From the sequence record NC_070962.1: DNA of 64,000 nucleotides; one strand, written 5' to 3'. The notes under the pieces are model-generated. The model was given only the letters and a program-made list of their open reading frames with translations. It did not search any database and was not told the origin of the DNA. The position numbers and the translations under genes are program-made. This document shows positions 1-6,177 of this stretch, one piece after another. Within the stretch, counting starts at the first letter, position 1. Every line of letters starts with the position of its first letter.

Positions 1-531
1 ATGAGTATCACCGTCATTGATGATTTTATTCCACAAGATCTTTTCGATGAGATGATGGAGTTTATTCCTACAGATATTCCGTGGGAGTATGAAGATTTCT
101 CTGTCAATGAAGGTGATAATGTGCCCCAATTAGTTCATCTCTTTTATCACAATTATCGTCCACAATCTGAGTTTTTTGATGATATTTTGCCCGTATTACA
201 TTGTATTGATGACTTATACTGTATTGCAAAAGTGAAGGTCAATGGTACATTAAAAGGATGCAATTTAAAAGAAAAACCTTATCATATTGATGTAGAGAAT
301 ACTGATACAAATCCAGGACATATGTTCCCTGCTCCATCATTAAAAGTTTGCATCCTTATGTTAAACAATAACAATGGATATACACAGATTAAAGATAAGT
401 CAAGTGGAGTCACAAGACTGTTTAAAAGTAAAGCAAACAGAGCACTATTCTTTCCCAATACTTATGAACATATGGGAACAAATTGTACTGATCAAAACTT
501 AAGAATGACATTGAACATTGTGTATGCCTAA
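1..531 (+). CDS. 2OG-Fe(II) oxygenase-like protein
   Basis: HxD (PYHID), distal His (YEHMG) and R-x-x-L-N (RMTLNI) in the order expected for the double-stranded beta-helix fold. Starts at base 1, so the 5' end may lie outside the window. Confidence 0.7.
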   Translation: MSITVIDDFIPQDLFDEMMEFIPTDIPWEYEDFSVNEGDNVPQLVHLFYHNYRPQSEFFDDILPVLHCIDDLYCIAKVKVNGTLKGCNLKEKPYHIDVENTDTNPGHMFPAPSLKVCILMLNNNNGYTQIKDKSSGVTRLFKSKANRALFFPNTYEHMGTNCTDQNLRMTLNIVYA

Positions 532-749
532 TGAAAAAAGTTTGGAGATTATGGTGTAAAGCATTAGGAGAGAAAGCAACAAATAATGACATTGAATCAG
601 ATGTTGTTGCTATCATCCGAACTCTTATTCTTTTCTCTTATCTTATCACTAATTGCTTTATTATTGCAGGAGTTATTCGACATTATGACAATCAACAAAT
701 TCAGTGTGGTGTATCAACAGGAAAGGAAGAAAACAGGGTATTGGAGTAA
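531..749 (+). CDS. small hypothetical membrane protein (cyanophage-type WRLWCKALGEK family)
   Basis: 72-aa ORF whose start overlaps the upstream stop; hydrophobic segment VVAIIRTLILFSYLITNCFIIAGVI. Confidence 0.65.
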   Translation: MKKVWRLWCKALGEKATNNDIESDVVAIIRTLILFSYLITNCFIIAGVIRHYDNQQIQCGVSTGKEENRVLE

Positions 750-852
750 GCAAGAAGCAACATTCTTTGATGTGAGAGATGCTATGCTCTGGGAACGTCA
801 TGTAAAAGAATTAGGGTGCAAAAACGTTGAAATTGTACCAATTTTAGGTTAA
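685..852 (+). CDS. hypothetical protein (55 aa, MTINKFSVVYQQ...)
   Basis: ATG at 685 is in frame with track ORF 586..852. The upstream extension is Leu-rich shadow of the previous gene, so I moved the start. Confidence 0.5.
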   Translation: MTINKFSVVYQQERKKTGYWSKQEATFFDVRDAMLWERHVKELGCKNVEIVPILG

Positions 853-902
853 AATCAATTAAAAATGTATTTAAAAACATATATGAGTGTTTTCTAACAG
901 TC

Positions 903-923
903 TGTGGAAAAACCTGTGGAGAA
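903..923. promoter_or_regulatory. two tandem DnaA-box-like 9-mers
   Basis: TGTGGAAAA at 903-911 (reverse complement TTTTCCACA, a perfect box) and TGTGGAGAA at 915-923 (one mismatch), 12 bp apart and next to an AT-rich stretch at about 850-895. Confidence 0.45.
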
Positions 924-1025
924 CCTTGACAGTAACTGTATAGGGTCTTCAGAGTTACTTTGCAGTGATTTTATGCCTTCTTAAATGTCTTCTAAATGCC
1001 TAATCTTATTGTGATCTTGGCGTGC

Positions 1026-1054
1026 AGTCTATCAGGATTTCTCAGAAATGTCAA
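1026..1054 (-). promoter_or_regulatory. leftward sigma70-type promoter
   Basis: On the minus strand: TTGACA (1054-1049), 17-bp spacer, TAGACT (1031-1026). Confidence 0.6.
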
Positions 1055-1148
1055 CACCGAGAACAGAAAAATCTCAGAACCCTGACATAAATAACCAAAA
1101 TCTTTCTGAGAATTATACATAAGAATATCGCAACACTTCGTGGTATTC

Positions 1149-1177
1149 TTGACACACAACTCAGAATGGTTTATAAT
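1149..1177 (+). promoter_or_regulatory. consensus sigma70 promoter
   Basis: TTGACA (1149-1154), 17 bp, TATAAT (1172-1177), 29 bp upstream of the ATG at 1207. Confidence 0.85.
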
Positions 1178-1206
1178 AACTGAGCAGTCAAATCACCAGA
1201 AGAACA

Positions 1207-1374
1207 ATGCCTTACGCACAGAAATCCAAGTATCGCATCACTCTTGAGATTGAAGCAATGGATGACTTTAACCCGCATCAGATTGACTGGGAAAAGTTAT
1301 TTGAATTGCAGGGTGATGAGAAGGTCGAAACTTACATTGAAGACCTCTCCAGTAAGTATGATTCACTCTGGTGA
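1207..1374 (+). CDS. small hypothetical protein (55 aa, MPYAQKSKYRITLEIEAMDDFNPHQIDWEKLFELQGDE...)
   Basis: Translated by hand (below the track cutoff): ATG 1207 to TGA 1374, directly behind a perfect sigma70 promoter. Confidence 0.75.
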   Translation: MPYAQKSKYRITLEIEAMDDFNPHQIDWEKLFELQGDEKVETYIEDLSSKYDSLW

Positions 1375-1400
1375 TTATGTGAGGTAAGCATAGAGAATTT

Positions 1401-1457
1401 GTGCCAGTCGGTGAAGTGTCCACTATTGCCGCACAGGGCACCAAAATCGTGTATCTT
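1401..1457 (+). promoter_or_regulatory. probable cyanomyovirus early-type promoter (CCAGT...AAGTGTCCAC boxes plus -10 TATCTT)
   Basis: gtgCCAGTcggtgAAGTGTCCAC at 1401-1423 and TATCTT at 1452-1457. It resembles, from memory, the upstream element of early genes in T4-like cyanophages; not verified against an alignment. Confidence 0.5.
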
Positions 1458-1514
1458 ATAAGGGTGGAAGGGACAGCACCCGACCACAACACACAGTCTC
1501 TCAATTCTCTCATC

Positions 1515-1862
1515 ATGCGTAAGATCGAACAGCAAATGTGTGCCGCAGTTCAAAAGAACATCAACTGGCAATCTGCTAACACTGCTGTTACTTTTGACGA
1601 GGAATCTGGCATCTCTGCAGTGTTTCTCCACGGCAACAAAATTGCTGAGGTTTCTGATACCGACATGACAATCTTTGATGGTGGTTGGCAGTCCAACACT
1701 ACAAAGTCTCGTCTCAATGCACTTTGCCAAGAATTCTGCATTGCTGGTGAAGGTGTCTTTCAGAAAGATTTCCAGTGGTTTGTGAGAAAGTTTGTCGGCA
1801 AGATCGGTGACAAGGATATCTTCAAGAATGAAGAATTCGAGTCTGGTTTTGTTTTTGCCTGA
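1515..1862 (+). CDS. conserved cyanophage early-type hypothetical protein (MRKIEQQM...LHGNKIA...DGGWQSNTTKSRLNAL)
   Basis: ATG 1515 is in frame with the track ORF. The track's GTG start at 1401 falls inside the promoter element, so I moved the start. Confidence 0.75.
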   Translation: MRKIEQQMCAAVQKNINWQSANTAVTFDEESGISAVFLHGNKIAEVSDTDMTIFDGGWQSNTTKSRLNALCQEFCIAGEGVFQKDFQWFVRKFVGKIGDKDIFKNEEFESGFVFA

Positions 1863-1926
1863 TGCACAATTGACCTGGTGATGTCATTAAACTCACCAAC
1901 AGTTCCTAACACTTTTCTCTTTTATC

Positions 1927-2082
1927 ATGACCCGCAGCACTGCACTTGGAATGCTCAAAGTTGGCAACAACGGCAATGAGATTCTTCAGATTCTCGATGT
2001 GATTGTGAACGACATTGAGCAGGCAAACATTCAAGATTGTGCCGAACACTATGCTGCAATCAGTGCAGACTTTGAGTTCTGA
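1927..2082 (+). CDS. small hypothetical protein (51 aa, MTRSTALGMLKVGNNGNEILQILDVIV...)
   Basis: Translated by hand: ATG 1927 to TGA 2082, followed at once by a terminator. Confidence 0.7.
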   Translation: MTRSTALGMLKVGNNGNEILQILDVIVNDIEQANIQDCAEHYAAISADFEF

Positions 2083-2092
2083 GAATAACACT

Positions 2093-2120
2093 GAGGGCAG
2101 GTCATTCTGCCCTCTTTGAT
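2093..2120 (+). terminator. intrinsic terminator
   Basis: GAGGGCAG (2093-2100), loop GTCATT, CTGCCCTC (2107-2114), then TTTGAT (short U tract). Confidence 0.65.
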
Positions 2121-2346
2121 TATATCACAGTTTTATTCGTTCGTCAACAGCAGTTGTTGATATTATGGGGGTTCGTTATAAAAAAGCATTGGGAACCTAA
2201 CCTACAGAGGTGACAATTCGACCTCGATATAACACTTAGAAAAAAATTTTCCGAGGGTATAAACCGACCTCAGGAAGTCGCATATATAATTCGTCGATGG
2301 GTTTCATTGCCCGTCAAAAAATTTCGCAGAAAAAAATTGGTCCTAT

Positions 2347-2538
2347 ATGGAAAAACTATATCATATCTACGCAGGTAATCAATGTCTTTTTCCAAATATC
2401 AAGGAAGAGGAATTCAAGACTACGTGGAATACTGTAAAGGGTATGGTTGGTCTCATGCAGACGAACTATACTGAAGAAGACTTATCTTATGAGGAAGTCA
2501 TCATTAATCGTCAATTAATGCAAGAAGCATCATATTGA
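2347..2538 (+). CDS. small conserved hypothetical protein (63 aa)
   Basis: Clean ORF after the non-coding block; same AT-rich codon style as its neighbours. Confidence 0.7.
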   Translation: MEKLYHIYAGNQCLFPNIKEEEFKTTWNTVKGMVGLMQTNYTEEDLSYEEVIINRQLMQEASY

Positions 2539-2563
2539 CAAACAACACATACACTGATAGAAT
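2535..2563 (+). promoter_or_regulatory. sigma70 promoter with extended -10
   Basis: TTGACA (2535-2540), 17 bp, TAGAAT (2558-2563), with TG at 2555-2556. Confidence 0.8.
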
Positions 2564-2586
2564 TGATCTGAAGGTTATCTAAAACT

Positions 2587-3360
2587 ATGGCAAAAGGATT
2601 TACTGTTAAGGCAAATGCACCAAAGAAAAAGAGTGCAGATGCTGAGTTTGACATTGCAGCAATCAAAGAACGAATGAAGGGTAAGAAGATTGTCTTCTGT
2701 CTACCTGGACGTGGTTGCTCATTTACGTTTCTCAAAAACTTTGTACAACTGTGCTTTGATCTTGTACAAAATGGCATGAGTATCCAGATCAGTCAGGATT
2801 ACTCTTCCATGGTTAACTTTGCACGGTGTAAGGTACTTGGTGCAAATGTACTACGAGGTCCCAATCAGAAACCTTGGGACGGCAAACTAGAGTATGATTA
2901 TCAACTCTGGATTGATAGTGACATTGTATTCAACACTGATAAGTTCTGGCAACTCTGTGATAGTGCTATTGCTGCTGATGGTACAGAGAAGGAAGTAGTT
3001 GCTGGTTGGTATCTAACTGAAGATGGTAAGACTTCTTCTGTTGCACACTGGTTGGAAGAAGAAGACTTCCGTTCTAATGGTGGTGTGATGAATCACGAAA
3101 CCATTGAGACACTACCTAATCGTAAGAAACCATTCACAGTTGACTACACTGGTTTCGGATGGGTACTGATCAAGCACGGTGTATTTGAGAGTCTTGAGTA
3201 TCCCTGGTTTGCTCCTAAGATGCAAGTCTTTGAGTCTGGTGCAGTACAAGACATGTGTGGAGAAGACGTATCATTCTGTCTCGATGCGAAGGAAGCAGGA
3301 TTTGATATCTGGTGTGATCCTCGCATTCGTGTCGGTCATGAAAAGACACGGGTAATCTGA
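2587..3360 (+). CDS. GT-A fold (family 2-like) glycosyltransferase-like protein
   Basis: LWIDSDIVF (DxD), TGFGWVLIK, GEDVSFC and a C-terminal VGHEK: the usual motif order of GT-A enzymes. Confidence 0.65.
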   Translation: MAKGFTVKANAPKKKSADAEFDIAAIKERMKGKKIVFCLPGRGCSFTFLKNFVQLCFDLVQNGMSIQISQDYSSMVNFARCKVLGANVLRGPNQKPWDGKLEYDYQLWIDSDIVFNTDKFWQLCDSAIAADGTEKEVVAGWYLTEDGKTSSVAHWLEEEDFRSNGGVMNHETIETLPNRKKPFTVDYTGFGWVLIKHGVFESLEYPWFAPKMQVFESGAVQDMCGEDVSFCLDAKEAGFDIWCDPRIRVGHEKTRVI

Positions 3361-3515
3361 TGAACATCGACATCTATTATCAAGGTAATAAGATGTATTC
3401 TAATGTCACTCATGAGGAAGCAGCAGATATTCTTCATGAGTTAGCATTAGAGAGATATGAGGAAAAGAATGATATTGACTTAGATCAATTGGAAATTGTA
3501 CAACGTGTAGAATGA
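3360..3515 (+). CDS. small acidic hypothetical protein (51 aa, MNIDIYYQGNKMYSNVTHEEAADILHELA...)
   Basis: Translated by hand. Its start overlaps the upstream TGA and its stop overlaps the downstream ATG (ATGA), which suggests translational coupling. Confidence 0.7.
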   Translation: MNIDIYYQGNKMYSNVTHEEAADILHELALERYEEKNDIDLDQLEIVQRVE

Positions 3516-4678
3516 GAATTGCGATTATAGGCAAAGGTACTTCTGCGATTATTACTGCTCTACGTCTGATTCAAGATGATCATGACGTAGAGTTTTTTTA
3601 TGATCCAGATAAAAAACCTTTAAGTGTGGGTGAATCAACCACACCTCATATTCAGACATTAATCTTTGAATCTCTGGACATTACGATTGGAGATCTTGCA
3701 GATGCAGGTGTAATCTCTTACAAGAATGGAATCAAATATATTAACTGGGGAAGTGGTGAATCATTCCGTCACCATTTTCATGGAGGTGAAGTTGCTTTTC
3801 ACTTTGAGAGTGGGAAGTTAAATCCGTTCATTCACAATCACTTAGAGAAAGAACTTGGAATTGTTTATCATCCAGAGAGAGTTGATGGGTATGATATTGA
3901 GGATGACCAAGTTATAATTAATGACAAAGAGTATGACTTCGTAGTCAACTGTGCAGGGTGGGATGATGCATCCGAATATTATAAACCTATCTTTGAGACG
4001 GTAAACTCTGCGATCTTATATACCTCTGAGTCTATTGATGATCCGACTTATACTCTTCACCGCGCTACTCGGGATGGATGGGAATTTGGATTACCTTTTC
4101 CTGAACGAGGACTTACTAAGCACGGCTACCTCTACAACCGTAACTTCTCGGATCCAGATATACCTGGAAAGAAAATCGAATGGACTCCAAGATTCTCTAA
4201 GAAATTGCTTCAGAATCCTTTTGAAGCATACAATGGTAATCGACTTTTCTTTCTTGAACCACTAGAAGCATTATCATTATATTATTACAGTGAATTTGCA
4301 TCAACAATTGCTGAATTCTTAAAGACTAATCGAGATGAAAAATCATATCAAGAAGTGAATACACATTATCTTAAGAGTATGACTTGTTATACAAAATCAG
4401 TGTCATGGTTTTATTCTTATGGATCGATTTATGATTCACCATTTTGGAAGATAACACAAGCACGGGCAAATGTATATTTTAATTCTCAGTGCTTATCAAA
4501 TCGTCTAGATTCATTACTAGAAGCATATCATTCAAAATCAATAAACATTGGTTGTTTTGATTATCATGACTTTAAGGACGTTCATTGCGGAATGCTTCAG
4601 AGACCCATCCAGAAGGTCCTAGAAGGTGTGTTTAAATACCCACCAACCCCTTTACATATCCAGGATGATCTTGTATAA
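3512..4678 (+). CDS. flavin-dependent tryptophan-halogenase-like (PrnA family) protein
   Basis: N-terminal Rossmann motif IAIIGKGTSA, VGEST, SYKNGIKYINW (catalytic Lys region) and FLEPLEA (catalytic Glu region). WxWxIP is replaced by WEFGLP. Confidence 0.7.
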   Translation: MRIAIIGKGTSAIITALRLIQDDHDVEFFYDPDKKPLSVGESTTPHIQTLIFESLDITIGDLADAGVISYKNGIKYINWGSGESFRHHFHGGEVAFHFESGKLNPFIHNHLEKELGIVYHPERVDGYDIEDDQVIINDKEYDFVVNCAGWDDASEYYKPIFETVNSAILYTSESIDDPTYTLHRATRDGWEFGLPFPERGLTKHGYLYNRNFSDPDIPGKKIEWTPRFSKKLLQNPFEAYNGNRLFFLEPLEALSLYYYSEFASTIAEFLKTNRDEKSYQEVNTHYLKSMTCYTKSVSWFYSYGSIYDSPFWKITQARANVYFNSQCLSNRLDSLLEAYHSKSINIGCFDYHDFKDVHCGMLQRPIQKVLEGVFKYPPTPLHIQDDLV

Positions 4679-4679
4679 T
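4651..4679 (+). promoter_or_regulatory. sigma70 promoter
   Basis: TTTACA (4651-4656), 17 bp, TATAAT (4674-4679). Confidence 0.7.
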
Positions 4680-4704
4680 ATAGAGGTAAACACAACGGAG
4701 TTAC

Positions 4705-4854
4705 ATGGCAGTACGTTCAAAGATCGGTCTATCAGGTGTTAATTTTATGCCTGGCAAACCCAAGAAGACACGTCAGGGTTGTAGTCAGCACACCAAACTT
4801 GCAGCATCCTCACGTAATGGCAAAAAGAAACGTTATCGTGGACAAGGACGGTGA
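4705..4854 (+). CDS. small highly basic protein (49 aa, ...KPKKTRQG...KKKRYRGQGR)
   Basis: Translated by hand; GGAG ribosome-binding site just upstream. Confidence 0.75.
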   Translation: MAVRSKIGLSGVNFMPGKPKKTRQGCSQHTKLAASSRNGKKKRYRGQGR

Positions 4855-4887
4855 TTAAATAGTAAAGAAATACTTAAAGGTATAACT

Positions 4888-4983
4888 ATGCGTTGGATTC
4901 ACAAAGGTGGCAAATCAAAACCAGATAAAAGGTGTAAAAATGTCTTTACACCCAAAAAATCATGTAAGAAGAAAAAACGTTAA
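4888..4983 (+). CDS. very small Lys-rich protein (31 aa, MRWIHKGGKSKPDKRCKNVFTPKKSCKKKKR)
   Basis: Translated by hand; preceded by TAAATA at 4856-4861 and an AAGG-type RBS. Confidence 0.5.
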   Translation: MRWIHKGGKSKPDKRCKNVFTPKKSCKKKKR

Positions 4984-5021
4984 ATTGTGAGGTTAAATAG
5001 AACAGATCTTAACTGTTCTTA

Positions 5022-5735
5022 ATGCCAGCACTTATATGTAATCTTCCATCAACGGAAGTATGGGTTAGAAAAGAATATCTCACAGATCATCAGTTTGGTC
5101 ATGGTGAGTTTGTCAAGGGCGTTTGGGTATCGTGTAAATCGATACCTGGACGTGCTTTTTATTTTGAGACATATTTGCCCGAATATGCAGCAATGTATGA
5201 TAAATTGCCGATTAGTGCCTTTTTATCAAAACCAAAGACTCCAGATCCTGATATGAATCTTCCAAATCTTCAATTTTGGAACTGTATGGACTATGGAGTA
5301 GTAGCAGTTCAGAAGCAATTCATCGGTTCTATGGACTATGAACTGTATACAAGAGATTTTGGCATTCAAAAAGGCACTTATGTTTGCACTTTAGACAATT
5401 ATCATCAAGATCCTGACGTAATTGACTATGCAACAAGTGAAAATCCTGCCGAACATAAGTCACATAACCTCATTGAACTTGAAAATGGGCAGTATGCACT
5501 GTATCCAAACAACAGAATTCGTATTTTTGACAATAGTTTGACTCCAGAAGAGCCAAAAATGCCCGATTTTAAGGTTTCAACCGTAGAATATCAAGTTGAA
5601 AATGGTTTTGAACGTCTTGGAATGGGTCGAGAGGAAGAATATTTTTGGAAAACTGCTCAAGAACGCAAAAAAGAAGAAGAAAATCCCGAAGAAATGTATA
5701 AATCGCAAGAAGGAAGGTTTTTAGATCCGCAATAA
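5022..5735 (+). CDS. conserved cyanophage hypothetical protein upstream of gp25
   Basis: 237-aa ORF with late-promoter core TAAATA at 4994-4999. Confidence 0.8.
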   Translation: MPALICNLPSTEVWVRKEYLTDHQFGHGEFVKGVWVSCKSIPGRAFYFETYLPEYAAMYDKLPISAFLSKPKTPDPDMNLPNLQFWNCMDYGVVAVQKQFIGSMDYELYTRDFGIQKGTYVCTLDNYHQDPDVIDYATSENPAEHKSHNLIELENGQYALYPNNRIRIFDNSLTPEEPKMPDFKVSTVEYQVENGFERLGMGREEEYFWKTAQERKKEEENPEEMYKSQEGRFLDPQ

Positions 5736-5740
5736 TCGTC

Positions 5741-5746
5741 TAAATA
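5741..5746 (+). promoter_or_regulatory. T4-type late promoter core
   Basis: TAAATA about 30 bp upstream of the gp25 start. Confidence 0.55.
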
Positions 5747-5775
5747 GGTTGATAATACCTATTTTGCGTGTACTG

Positions 5776-6177
5776 ATGCCTGTAGAAAGGATAAGTAGAG
5801 GGTTTAAAGACCTAAGTATGACGTTTAATTCAAATCCTCTTACTGAGGATTTAATAACTTTAAAGAATGATGTTGCAATTGCAAGGTCAGTTCGCAATCT
5901 AGTGATGACATATACTGGAGAACGTTTCTTTCAACCAAATCTTGGTTCTCAAGTATCCCGTTTGTTATTTGAACCTATGTCACCAATTGTAAGTGATCAG
6001 ATAAAGGATGAAATAACACGAACAATTACAACATATGAACCAAGAGTTGAATTGCAGCAGGTTATATGTCAACCAAGATATGATGAAAACGATTATGCAG
6101 TAACTGTTAAATATAAGATAATTGGACTTGATTTAGCACCAACAGAACTTTCATTCTTACTACAACCAACGAGATAA
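5776..6177 (+). CDS. gp25: baseplate wedge subunit gp25
   Basis: FKDLS...NPLT.DL...KND.AI.RSVRNL..T..GERFFQPNLGS and YEPRV motifs. Start moved to the ATG at 5776. Confidence 0.92.
   Translation: MPVERISRGFKDLSMTFNSNPLTEDLITLKNDVAIARSVRNLVMTYTGERFFQPNLGSQVSRLLFEPMSPIVSDQIKDEITRTITTYEPRVELQQVICQPRYDENDYAVTVKYKIIGLDLAPTELSFLLQPTR

Noticed and set aside
586-684. 5' extension of track ORF 586..852
   Set aside because: It overlaps the 531..749 gene and is Leu-rich low-information sequence; ATG 685 is the better start.
926-960. TTGACA at 926-931 and the AGTAACT/AGTTACT inverted repeat (931-960)
   Set aside because: There is no -10 hexamer at 16-18 bp and the hairpin is weak with no U tract, so it is neither a promoter nor a terminator call.
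1268-1741. Minus-strand ORFs of 82, 132 and 63 aa over the early island
   Set aside because: They are antisense shadows of plus-strand genes that have clear promoters and a terminator; no matching minus-strand signals or recognisable motifs.
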